Shown here: piece by piece, positions 9,889-18,985 of the stretch
How the letters are laid out: each line of letters starts with the position of its first letter
Position numbering within the stretch: the first letter of the stretch is position 1
Assembly: GCA_039194325.1 (NCBI GenBank)
Contig: JBCCWC010000012.1
Location: forward strand, 64,267 to 128,266
Source: Myxococcota bacterium
GTDB taxonomy: Bacteria > Myxococcota_A > Polyangia > Nannocystales > Nannocystaceae
Length of the DNA: 64,000 nt
Direction: 5' to 3'
Translations under genes and position numbers: made by a program
Notes under the pieces: generated by a model
The model's database searches: none
What the model was told of the DNA's origin: nothing
The model's input: only the letters and a program-made list of their open reading frames with translations

Positions 9889-10718
9889 CGACCATGCCCT
9901 CCGCCAGCACTCGCAGCGGATCGCGCCAGCCAGCGCCGCCCAGCCCGGGCCATCACCAAAGTGAGCAAGGCCACCAGCAAAAGCACCAACGCCACCGCAA
10001 TAGCCACCCGCAGATCGCCCTCGAACGTGGCGTAGATCGCCAGCGGCATAGTCTGGGTCTTGCCCTCGTAGCTGCCGGCGAATAAGAGCGTGGCCCCGAA
10101 CTCCCCGAGCGCTCGCGCCCAACAAAGCGCCGCGCCCCCCAGTAGCGCCGGCAGGGCGACGGGCACCGCCACCCGCAAGAACGCCTGACGCGAGGTCGCC
10201 CCCAAGGTGCGCGCCACCAGCAACAGATCGTCGTCCACCCCGCGAAACCCAGCGACAGCCGACTGCACGTAGAACGGCGCGGCTACCACCACCTGAGCGA
10301 TCAGCACGGCCCAGCGGGTGAACACGAGACTCCCGATCCACGGCGCCAGCGGACCGTGCCGCCCAAACACCAACAACAAGGCGATGCCGATCACCGCCGG
10401 GGGGATCACGATGGGCAGCTCCACGGTGATCTCGACGAGCCGCGCCACCGAGCCGCGCGAACGCGCGATCCACCAGGCCAGCGGAGTTCCGGCCACCAGC
10501 ACCACGCCGAGGCTCAGGGCGGTGGTCTGCAAGCTCAAGCCCAGGGCGGGCAAGACCTTCGGATGCCCCAGAGCGTCCCATAGCTCGCCCGGCGAGCTGG
10601 CCAGCGCCAGCGCAACGACCGGCAGCACCAACAAGACCCAAAGACCGATCCCCAGCCCGACGACAGGAAGCGCCCGCAGCCCCCCCCGCAGCCCGCGAGA
10701 CAAGCGCTCACCGGTCAT
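9885..10718 (-). CDS. modB: Molybdate ABC transporter permease
   Basis: LPIVIPPAVIG, ARALGEFGAT and TQTMPLAIY; hydrophobic segments. Confidence 0.9.
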   Translation of the reverse strand: MTGERLSRGLRGGLRALPVVGLGIGLWVLLVLPVVALALASSPGELWDALGHPKVLPALGLSLQTTALSLGVVLVAGTPLAWWIARSRGSVARLVEITVELPIVIPPAVIGIALLLVFGRHGPLAPWIGSLVFTRWAVLIAQVVVAAPFYVQSAVAGFRGVDDDLLLVARTLGATSRQAFLRVAVPVALPALLGGAALCWARALGEFGATLLFAGSYEGKTQTMPLAIYATFEGDLRVAIAVALVLLLVALLTLVMARAGRRWLARSAASAGGGHGR

Positions 10719-11583
10719 CGAGCGACACAAACCCGTGCTCCTGCAGCACGGCCTGGCCAGGCGAGGATCCAAGCAGCTCGACCCACTGCCGCGCCACGTG
10801 GGGGTGCTCGCTGTCGACGAGGATCCCCACATGATACTCGGCGGCCACATCGAGCGACGCGGGGATCGGAATCATCGTCACCGCACGAGCGGAGGTAACG
10901 TCGCTACGGTAGACGATCGCTGCGTCGGCCTCGCCCAGCTCCACCTTGGCCAGCACCAGCCGCACGTTGGGCTCGAGCGAGACGACGCGCTCTTGCACCT
11001 GAGCCCGAAAACTACCGCCCTGCAAACTACCGCCCTGCAAACCACCGCCCTGCAGACCGCTATGGTTGTTATAGTAACGATCGGCCTGCTCGAGCAGCGC
11101 CTGCGTGTAGCGACCCACGGGGACCTCGGGCACACCCAGCACCACGCGGCTCGCCCTTGGAAGCTGCTCCAGCGACTCGATCCCCGCCGGGTTGTCGGGC
11201 GGCACGACGAGCGCCAAGCCCCCACGAGCGAAGGGATGCTCCTGGGCGACCCGACCCGCGGCCATCACGGCCTGCATGTGCTCGGCGTTGGCCGACGCAA
11301 ACACGTCGCCGGGTGCACCATGCTCGAGCTGCACCCGCAACACCTGGCTGCCCGCGTGGATCATCACCACGTCGGTGCCCGGATGCTCCCCCTCGAATCG
11401 TCGCTCGAGCACGCCGAAGGCGTCGGTCAGCGACGAGGCGGCCAGCACGGTCAAGACGGTCTGCGAACGATCACCGCAGGCGCCGGCGCCCAGCAACCCG
11501 ACCAACGCAAGCAGACCACCCCGCCGGCGCCTGCGAGCTAGCCGACGACCGGCGGCGAAACGCTGAAGACGCTCAGACATCAT
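10708..11583 (-). CDS. modA: Molybdate ABC transporter substrate-binding lipoprotein
   Basis: Lipobox LGAGAC; AASSLTDAF, DVFASAN, VPVGRY and GEADAAIVYRSD. Confidence 0.9.
   Translation of the reverse strand: MMSERLQRFAAGRRLARRRRRGGLLALVGLLGAGACGDRSQTVLTVLAASSLTDAFGVLERRFEGEHPGTDVVMIHAGSQVLRVQLEHGAPGDVFASANAEHMQAVMAAGRVAQEHPFARGGLALVVPPDNPAGIESLEQLPRASRVVLGVPEVPVGRYTQALLEQADRYYNNHSGLQGGGLQGGSLQGGSFRAQVQERVVSLEPNVRLVLAKVELGEADAAIVYRSDVTSARAVTMIPIPASLDVAAEYHVGILVDSEHPHVARQWVELLGSSPGQAVLQEHGFVSLDDR
11011..11055 (-). repeat. 15-bp tandem repeat x3 inside modA (LQGGx)
   Basis: ACTACCGCCCTGCAA-like units are directly visible. Confidence 0.8.
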
Positions 11584-12728
11584 GGCGTGGTGGCATGCCC
11601 CATCATGCTGGCGTCGTAGGAGCCCAGCACGCCGATCTCGCGGCGAAGGGCCGGATCGTCCAGAGCATCGAGCATGCGGGCGATCGATCGCTCGGTGGCG
11701 ATGTCGTGGGGAACGACCAAGTCGAAGCCCTCCTCGGTGAGCGGGATGAAGCGCAACCCAGCCTCGCGGGCAACGGCCTCCACCGTCACGCCAACATCGG
11801 CCCCGTGGAGCGACACCGCCTGCGCGACCTCGCGGTGGCTGGTGGCCACCCGCGCGACACGGAGGGCCTCGATGCTCATGCCAAGCCCACCCAGGACACG
11901 CGAGAGCACCCGAAGGGCCCCCGCCCCCGCCTCGCGCAAGACCCATCGGTGCGAAGGACCGAGCAGCTCCGCCAGATCACGCCCACACTCGGAGGGACGC
12001 ACGACCAGACCGGTACGCCAGCGCAGCAGGCGGACCAGATGCGTACGAACACCCGGAAAACGCGTACGCACCAGCGCGGCGTGGCCCGCCCCCGCGGCGG
12101 GATCCTCGAGGTGCACCCCAGCCACGTGCACAAACCCCGCGGTCAACAGCTCCAGCGAGGTGGTGCTGTTGACCGAGATCCAGTGGAGGCGCCCCGCATG
12201 ACCATGCTCAAGCCGGTCGAGGATGAGCCCAAGCACCGGCGCACAACCAGCCACGAGGATGTTGGCGCCGAAGGTGGAAGAACGAGATAGCGGGATGGCA
12301 CGAACGCCCTGGCACGGGCGACGAGCCGGCGCCTCGGCACTGACCAGGGCGTCGGCACAGCGCGAGCTTCGATCGCCCATGGGGTGAGCAACCCAGCGCG
12401 AGCGCACCTGCCCCAGCAAGACACGATGAGCACCGGCGGGTAGGGACTGCCCCGGGGCCAGCTCGACTTCGACAGCATCAGACTCGACGTCGAGGGCCGG
12501 AATGACCGACGGCGAAGAACTCCGGGGCTCAGTGGCCGAGGCACGTCCACGCCCGCGCCCACTCCCCCGCTGATCGAACCACGCGAGCACCTCGGCCCGA
12601 CGAAACCGCCAGTGGCCCCGACCGACCCGATGCCCCGGCAAGCCCTGGCGCAGCAACCGATAGAGGTGCTTGGGATGCACCCGCAGCAGCTGCGCAACCT
12701 CGCCGGAAGTGAGTAGCGCGTCGTCCAA
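11580..12728 (-). CDS. Excisionase-like HTH plus periplasmic-binding-like domain regulator (molybdate-related)
   Basis: LLTSGEVAQLLRVHPKHLYRL HTH_17-like start; VHVAGVH, REAGAG, SHREVA and GLRFIPL PBP-like motifs; first gene of the mod operon. Confidence 0.8.
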   Translation of the reverse strand: MDDALLTSGEVAQLLRVHPKHLYRLLRQGLPGHRVGRGHWRFRRAEVLAWFDQRGSGRGRGRASATEPRSSSPSVIPALDVESDAVEVELAPGQSLPAGAHRVLLGQVRSRWVAHPMGDRSSRCADALVSAEAPARRPCQGVRAIPLSRSSTFGANILVAGCAPVLGLILDRLEHGHAGRLHWISVNSTTSLELLTAGFVHVAGVHLEDPAAGAGHAALVRTRFPGVRTHLVRLLRWRTGLVVRPSECGRDLAELLGPSHRWVLREAGAGALRVLSRVLGGLGMSIEALRVARVATSHREVAQAVSLHGADVGVTVEAVAREAGLRFIPLTEEGFDLVVPHDIATERSIARMLDALDDPALRREIGVLGSYDASMMGHATTP

Positions 12729-12739
12729 GAAGGATCAAA

Positions 12740-12770
12740 AGGTAGCATCAAGTAACATCAGGTAACTAAT
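12740..12770. promoter_or_regulatory. Three 10-bp direct repeats upstream of the mod regulator
   Basis: GGTAGCATCA / AGTAACATCA / GGTAACTAAT in phase, 12 bp upstream of the TTG start. Confidence 0.5.
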
Positions 12771-12880
12771 TCATCGAAGAACCCGAACGATTTCGCCCTA
12801 CTGGCCGACCACCACCCGACCATCATGAGCGACCACTACCCGACCACCGACCACCACGAGCGAGAGCCCGAGTCGCTCGT

Positions 12881-14182
12881 TCAGTGCACCGAACCGCGCT
12901 CGCGCCGGCGAGCCGCGGAGAGCCGACCAAGGAAGGGCAACGCCATCAGCACGCACAACACCTCGGAGACGCCCGCGACCACGAAGGCCGAGCGATAGCC
13001 GGCCGCCCAACCTTGCGAGGCAGCAACCCACTGACTGACGGTACCACCGACGAGGGGACCAACGATGAAGCCCAACGAACCAGCCGCGTTGAAGGCCCCC
13101 AGCGCGGTGGCCAGAGCCCGAGCGTCGGCGGCCTCGACCGTCAACAACATCGAGGGCACGAACATCACCGCGGCCATGATCCCCAGGCTGAGCATGAGCA
13201 CCAGCAGCCAGTCGATCGACCACCAGCCCAGGGTCGCGGTGGCGATCCCGTAGCCCAGGCTCCCGCTCCCCAAAAGCTTGACGGCCGAGATCCGCTCGGA
13301 GAGCCGCCCAAAGGGGTACGAGAGCAGGGCAAAGGGCAGCATGAACGCGGCGATCAGCAGACCGACCTGGGCCGGAGGAACCTCGTGGATCCGCTTGAGG
13401 TACAGACTGAAGGTGGTGGTGAAGAATCCGACGGTAAAGCGGTCGATGAAGGCGAACACCAGCGGGACCAGCACCAACGGATGCGCCCGCATCATGGCCG
13501 CGATCTCCCGCAACCCCGGCTTGTCACGAGCGGCGACCCCCTGGGGCCCAGCCATGGCGATCGCGGCGAAGACCGCCGCGATCAACAAGATGCCGATCCC
13601 CGCCTCAAGCACGACCGTCGGCCCCTGGCGCCCGAGGATCCCGCCCACCGGCGCGCCTAGGGCCACCCCGAGCAGCAAGCCGGCCCCCACCACCCCCATC
13701 ACCCGTCCGCGTCGGCCCTCGGGCGCGAGCGCGTTGGCGTGGGCGAGCACGAGCGACAGCGCGAAGATGTGCGCGCAGCCCTCGACGAAGCGAATGCCCA
13801 TGAACACCGGGAAGCTCGATGGCAAGGTCAGCCCCAAGAAGCAAACCGCGTCGACGATGAGCGCCCCCACCACCAGCGGCCGCCGCCGGCCAAAGCGATC
13901 GGACAACGCCCCGGCGATCGGAGCGGCGAGGATCGCCCCGACCATGTTGATCGACATGAAGGTGGAGGTGGCCAGCTCCGACACAGAGAAGCGCTCGAGC
14001 ACCAGCTCGCGGAGCACCGGCACGGGCAAGGTGACCGGGACGAGGGTCAGCAGCGCAAGCACACCGAGCGCGATGATGCGGGCGCGAGATGCCTCGGGCT
14101 TGGGAGCTGCGCGAGGATCGTCGCCCGCCCCCACACCGGTCGCCGCCGGCTGTTGCGCTCGCTCGCCGTGGCTGTGTTTCAT
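12881..14182 (-). CDS. MFS transporter
   Basis: GALSDRFGRR motif A, second-half GRLSER and about 12 hydrophobic segments. Confidence 0.9.
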   Translation of the reverse strand: MKHSHGERAQQPAATGVGAGDDPRAAPKPEASRARIIALGVLALLTLVPVTLPVPVLRELVLERFSVSELATSTFMSINMVGAILAAPIAGALSDRFGRRRPLVVGALIVDAVCFLGLTLPSSFPVFMGIRFVEGCAHIFALSLVLAHANALAPEGRRGRVMGVVGAGLLLGVALGAPVGGILGRQGPTVVLEAGIGILLIAAVFAAIAMAGPQGVAARDKPGLREIAAMMRAHPLVLVPLVFAFIDRFTVGFFTTTFSLYLKRIHEVPPAQVGLLIAAFMLPFALLSYPFGRLSERISAVKLLGSGSLGYGIATATLGWWSIDWLLVLMLSLGIMAAVMFVPSMLLTVEAADARALATALGAFNAAGSLGFIVGPLVGGTVSQWVAASQGWAAGYRSAFVVAGVSEVLCVLMALPFLGRLSAARRRERGSVH

Positions 14183-14593
14183 CGGCGCTGGATCATCGCA
14201 TGCCCGAGCCCTCGGCCCGCCCGTCCTCACGCTCGGAAGACCGCAGAGCACGGCGGGCCACGACCGCCCCGGGCGCAGAACAGACGGCGGGATCCCAGAC
14301 CGATGACCCTGCCCCTTCGCGCAATCGCCCTTGACGTCGAGCGGCCGAGGACATCCGCTGTCGGTGAGCATCGTGCGGACATCCCGGACCGCTATGACAC
14401 CGCTGTCGTGGATGCCGAGCTCGAACGAAGACGCCAGCCCGGACGGACGTTCCAACCCCGTGGCACGCGACAAATTCGTCACGCTTGTCGCCACTGCGCG
14501 ACGGTGTACGTTGCGGGAGTGGGGCGGACCGGTGGAGGACCGGCAGACCGGCGGCAGACCGGCGGCAGACCGGGAGCGACTGAGGGTGCACAC

Positions 14594-16825
14594 ATGAGCG
14601 TCAGCAAGAGCACCGGACGTTCGTGGCAGACCCACGCGGTGAGCCTGGCCACCACCGCCGCGCTGGGCTGCGCCCCCCCCTCGGCGCAGGCTCCCAACCC
14701 CTGCGGGCAGGGAGCCTACCCGGCGGGCTCCGCTGGCGTGTGCTTGTGCGAGCCCGGGCACCACGGCGATCCGGAGGTCGAGTGCCCCCCCCACGAGGAC
14801 GTCTGCGCCCAAGCGGAGCAGCGCCTATCGCATCGCGTCTGCACGCACACGGTCGACGACGAGGCCCAGTGGACCCAGCTGTCGGTGGGCGGCGGCCCGG
14901 CGATCGGAGGGCTCCGGCGGCTGGGCAAGTACCTGGCCCCAGCCTCGAGCACGGCGCGGCTGCCGACCCTCTTTTCCGACGCCAACTCCTACCGGCTGCA
15001 CTTTTGCCTGATGTCGGCCGGCTTCGAGCCGCTGTTCCCGGGCCTGACCACCGCCGACTACGCCCGCCTCATCATGACGCACGCGGGGCGGGAGTTCTAC
15101 GCGGGCTCGGTCTACGAGTTCCAAGACCCGGACCCGGTCCGCTTCGGGTTCTCGATCGAGACGGCGCTTCGGCCCGAACAAATGCTCCCGCCCGAGACGG
15201 TCTATGCGATCTACCAGCAGCTCTCCGATCGCTTCGCGCTCGGCGAGCTGGGCTACCTGCCCCGGGGTACCCTCCAAGAACAAACGGCCCAGGCCTGGAT
15301 CGACCCGCCCTTCCCGGTGCTCAGCGCCCAAGACGACGGGGTGACGCTCGAGGTCTACACCCCGGGGATCGCCTTCGGTCGGGTACGCCTGCACCACGGC
15401 GGCGAGCCGCACGACTTTGGCTGGCAGGACATCGTGGTCTTCGACCAGGTCCCCATCGATCTCGAGGGAGTGGTCGGGGCCGCGGTCACCGGGCAACGAC
15501 AAGACATCCTGAGCCACCTCAACGTGCTGTCGGCCCAGCGGGGCACGCCCAATTTCTTCGTCGACGAGGCGATCGCGGCCTTCTCCCCCCACGAGGGACA
15601 GCTGGTCCGGGTGGAGGCCGAGCCGGGGACCTATAAGGTTCGGCCAGCCACCGAAGACGAGGCCGAGGCCTACTGGGCGCAGCAGCGACCCGCAGCCGAG
15701 GTGGAAAACCCCGCCCAGCTCGACTACGAACAGCTCGACTCGTTCACCGCGATCCCCACCGCGACGCCGCAAGAGCGCGCCCTGGCGCGCGCGCGCTTCG
15801 GGGCCAAGACGGTCGGGCTCGCCACCCTCGCCCCGCTCATCGATACGCGCTACCAGACCCCGGGGCTCGGCGTACCGTTCCACTATTACGATGAGTTCAT
15901 GACCACCAACTCGTGGTCGATCGATCTGGGTGAGGGCCCCCAAGCGGCAACCTACGCCGAGACGATCGCGGCGTGGCTAGACGACGACCAGTTCCGCACC
16001 AACGCGTCGGTCCGCAAGGAGCGGCTGGCCGCCCTGCGCGAGCAGATGCGCTCGGGGGGCGTGGTCTCGCCCACGCTCACGCAAGCGCTGCGCGAGCGGA
16101 TCATCGCCGAGTTCGGGAGCGACACGGTCATGGTCCGCATCCGCTCGTCGTCGAACGCCGAAGACACGCCCACGTTCAATGGAGCGGGCCTGTACGACTC
16201 GACGAGCGCCTGCGCAGCCGACTCGGTCGCCCCGGGCCCCCCGACCACGTCGGCGTGCGACCCGAGCAAGGAGCTCCGCACGCTCGAGCGAGCCCTGGCC
16301 AAGGTCTGGGCGAGCCTGTGGAACTTCGGCGCGTTCGAGGAGCGCGAGTACTACCAGCTCGATCACCGGCAGATCGCGATGGGCGCCACGGTGTCCCTGC
16401 GCTTCGAAGACGAGCGGGCCAACGGGGTGGCCTTCACCGGCGATCCGGTCGACCCCCGAAGATCACGCTTCACAGTCAATGCCCAGGCCGGAGAGATCGA
16501 CGTGGTCAGCCCGACCCCAGGGATCACGGCGGAGCTTACGTTCTTGACGATCGACGACGGCGAGGTGGTAGAGATCGAGCGCGCCGTCGAGTCCTCGCTG
16601 GTGCCCAACGGCCAGCCGGTGGTGAGCGAGGACCACCTCGAAGAGCTCGGCGGGCTGATGGCCGAGCTCGAGCAGATCTACCCGGTCGACGACCAAGACG
16701 AGTCTCTAGAGGATCCGATCCTGGACCTAGAGTTCAAGGTCACGCACGACGACGCGCTGGTGATCAAGCAGATCCGTACCTTCGTGCCCGTGCCCTATGC
16801 GTCGGATCCCACGTGCCGCCAATGA
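14594..16825 (+). CDS. Lipoprotein with EGF-like Cys motif and PEP/pyruvate-binding (PPDK_N, ATP-grasp) domain
   Basis: ALGC lipobox; CLCEPGHHGDP; FGAK, RIRSSSNAED..FNGAGLYDS, VWASLWN, DLEFK..LVIKQIR. Confidence 0.8.
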   Translation: MSVSKSTGRSWQTHAVSLATTAALGCAPPSAQAPNPCGQGAYPAGSAGVCLCEPGHHGDPEVECPPHEDVCAQAEQRLSHRVCTHTVDDEAQWTQLSVGGGPAIGGLRRLGKYLAPASSTARLPTLFSDANSYRLHFCLMSAGFEPLFPGLTTADYARLIMTHAGREFYAGSVYEFQDPDPVRFGFSIETALRPEQMLPPETVYAIYQQLSDRFALGELGYLPRGTLQEQTAQAWIDPPFPVLSAQDDGVTLEVYTPGIAFGRVRLHHGGEPHDFGWQDIVVFDQVPIDLEGVVGAAVTGQRQDILSHLNVLSAQRGTPNFFVDEAIAAFSPHEGQLVRVEAEPGTYKVRPATEDEAEAYWAQQRPAAEVENPAQLDYEQLDSFTAIPTATPQERALARARFGAKTVGLATLAPLIDTRYQTPGLGVPFHYYDEFMTTNSWSIDLGEGPQAATYAETIAAWLDDDQFRTNASVRKERLAALREQMRSGGVVSPTLTQALRERIIAEFGSDTVMVRIRSSSNAEDTPTFNGAGLYDSTSACAADSVAPGPPTTSACDPSKELRTLERALAKVWASLWNFGAFEEREYYQLDHRQIAMGATVSLRFEDERANGVAFTGDPVDPRRSRFTVNAQAGEIDVVSPTPGITAELTFLTIDDGEVVEIERAVESSLVPNGQPVVSEDHLEELGGLMAELEQIYPVDDQDESLEDPILDLEFKVTHDDALVIKQIRTFVPVPYASDPTCRQ

Positions 16826-16847
16826 CCCATACCTAACCCACAGTCCC

Positions 16848-17561
16848 TCAGGACTCGGCCAGCACCTCGCAGCCTGCGCCGCAGACCAGCGCCGGCTCCT
16901 CGCCCTCACGCCCCTCGCAGCGCGTGGGCTCGCCGGCAGCGCAAGTGTCGAAGCGACAACCCTGCTGGCCGATCTGCCCCCCGGGACAGCGGAGGGTACA
17001 GATCGATCCGGCCTCGCACACCACGGGGCAATTGGCGTCCATGCACTCGAAGTCGCAGCGACTGTCGACCCCGCAGCGGCAGGTGCCGTTGGCGCAGACC
17101 CCCGCGCACAGGTCGTGACCCCCTTCGCAGGTGACATGGCAGGGCCCGGCATCGCAGGCGAAGTCGCAGCGAGAGCCCGCGACGCAGGTACAGTCCCCGT
17201 TGGCGCAGGTCCCACGGCACTCGGTCTGCGCCTCGCAATCCACGTGACAGGGCGGAGACTGGCACTCGAACGTACAGGTGCTTCCCGCTCCACACCGACA
17301 GTCCCCATTGCCGCAGGCCGCCACACACTCCGGGTTGTCCCCGGCGCAGTCCACGTGGCACGGCGGAGCCTCACACTCGAAGTCGCAGCTCGCCCCGACC
17401 TCGCAGACGCAATCCCCGTTGGAGCAATCGGCCTGCACAGGACGACAGGCAAACCCGAGCGAGAGGATGAGCCCGAGGACCATAAAGGTCGAGAATGCCC
17501 CGACGGCCCAGGAGGTCCAGACGCCCCAGATGGTGGAAGAACGATGCGATCGGCCGAGCAT
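16848..17561 (-). CDS. Cys-rich repeat lipoprotein
   Basis: LGFAC lipobox and about four repeats of C.NG.C.C..G..C.F.C...PC.V.C. Start uncertain. Confidence 0.75.
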   Translation of the reverse strand: MLGRSHRSSTIWGVWTSWAVGAFSTFMVLGLILSLGFACRPVQADCSNGDCVCEVGASCDFECEAPPCHVDCAGDNPECVAACGNGDCRCGAGSTCTFECQSPPCHVDCEAQTECRGTCANGDCTCVAGSRCDFACDAGPCHVTCEGGHDLCAGVCANGTCRCGVDSRCDFECMDANCPVVCEAGSICTLRCPGGQIGQQGCRFDTCAAGEPTRCEGREGEEPALVCGAGCEVLAES

Positions 17562-17787
17562 GAATGATCGTCAGTGTGAAGGGGCACGGCGAACCCAAAA
17601 CCGATGAAAATTTCTGAAGCAGACTTGCCCGAGCTGCTCTGGGCGATCCCCGCCAGGGTCTACCCGTTCCGGTCCGCCCACCACGAGCGGATCACTTGCC
17701 ACCGCTCCTCCGACCCGTACGCCGCCGAGGCATCCGATCTGCACCAACCCGCGCCACCGGTCCAGAGCTTGCATTCGCCCCCGAGTA

Positions 17788-18855
17788 ATGAAGTTCACGC
17801 CGATGAACGATACCCGAGCGTCACACCACCGCTATGCGGCAGGAACCATCACCCTGATGCTGGTGTTGGTCGGCGCGTGCGGCGACCCCGAGGGAGACAG
17901 CGGGAGCTCCGGGCCAACGACGACCAACGGCATGGCCGATAGCTCGGTCGACCCGACGACCACGAGTTCCCCGAACCCGATGACCAGCGGCTTCGGCAGC
18001 ACGGGCGACCCGAACGACACCAGCACCCCGGGCGACTCCACCACGACCGGGCCGCCCCCGATGGTGACCACCTCGGGCGCCGGCTCCGAGAGCGGCTCCG
18101 AAGGTGGCTCCGGGAGCAGCTCCGGAGATCCACCGGCGGCGTGCGGCGACACGCCGATCGGAGGAGAACACGCGCTCATCGACGACCTCGAGGTCGAGCC
18201 GGGAGAGGTCGACCCCGACTCCAACATCATCGAGCACGACGGCCGGGTGGGCTCGTGGTACGTCTACAACGACGGCTCGGGAGGGGGGCTCCAGAACGGC
18301 GGCGACGCCTTCATGCCCCAGCCCGGCGGCGCCGAGGGCAGCGCGTATACGGCCCGGACCTGGGGCGAGGGCTTCGACACGTGGGGAGCGGGCATGGGGG
18401 TGGCGATCAACGCCTCGATGACCGACTGCCCGTACGACGCGGCGGCATTCGAGGGAATCTCGTTTTGGGCCCGCGGCACGGGAACGGTGCGCGTGCAACT
18501 GCCCATCATGGCGACCGTTCCGACCGAAGCAGGCGGTACCTGCTCGGGAGTCTGCTACGACACCTTTGGCCTGGAGGTCGAGCTGACCGACGTGTGGACC
18601 TTCTATGCGTTCGCCTGGGACGAGCTCGCCCAGCAAGGATGGGGTGACCCCGCGATGTTCGATCCGCAGGAGCTCATGCAAGTCCAATGGCAGGCGCCCG
18701 CGGCAACCGAGTTCGACATCTACGTCGACACACTGAGCTTTTGGCCCGAAGGCCCCGCAGGAGGCAGCTCGGGCGGCTCCGACTCGGGCGGCTCCGACTC
18801 GGGCGGCTCCGACTCGGGCGGCTTCGGCTCGGGTACGGGAACCGGCACCACCTGA
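17788..18855 (+). CDS. Lipoprotein with Ser/Thr/Gly linker and CBM11-like carbohydrate-binding domain
   Basis: LVGAC lipobox; IDDLE, GSWYVYND, GISFWARG and WQ..FDIYVD; C-terminal GGSDS x3 repeat. Confidence 0.7.
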   Translation: MKFTPMNDTRASHHRYAAGTITLMLVLVGACGDPEGDSGSSGPTTTNGMADSSVDPTTTSSPNPMTSGFGSTGDPNDTSTPGDSTTTGPPPMVTTSGAGSESGSEGGSGSSSGDPPAACGDTPIGGEHALIDDLEVEPGEVDPDSNIIEHDGRVGSWYVYNDGSGGGLQNGGDAFMPQPGGAEGSAYTARTWGEGFDTWGAGMGVAINASMTDCPYDAAAFEGISFWARGTGTVRVQLPIMATVPTEAGGTCSGVCYDTFGLEVELTDVWTFYAFAWDELAQQGWGDPAMFDPQELMQVQWQAPAATEFDIYVDTLSFWPEGPAGGSSGGSDSGGSDSGGSDSGGFGSGTGTGTT

Positions 18856-18937
18856 CGCCCGTCCGCCACACGCTCCGGGTCACCCCGGATCGGACGACGA
18901 CCACGATCCCACAGGACCTAACCCCGCCCTGAGGAAT

Positions 18938-18971
18938 CCGCCTCGCCGGATCTCACGATCCAACGAGGCGG
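18938..18971. terminator. Hairpin between convergent genes
   Basis: CCGCCTCG..GGATC-tcac-GATCC..CGAGGCGG inverted repeat; no clear U-tract. Confidence 0.45.
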
Positions 18972-18985
18972 CGTCGATCACCGAC

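Noticed and set aside
11580..12728. Prophage excisionase
   Set aside because: The HTH is fused to a PBP-like domain and coupled to modABC; no integrase or phage genes are present.
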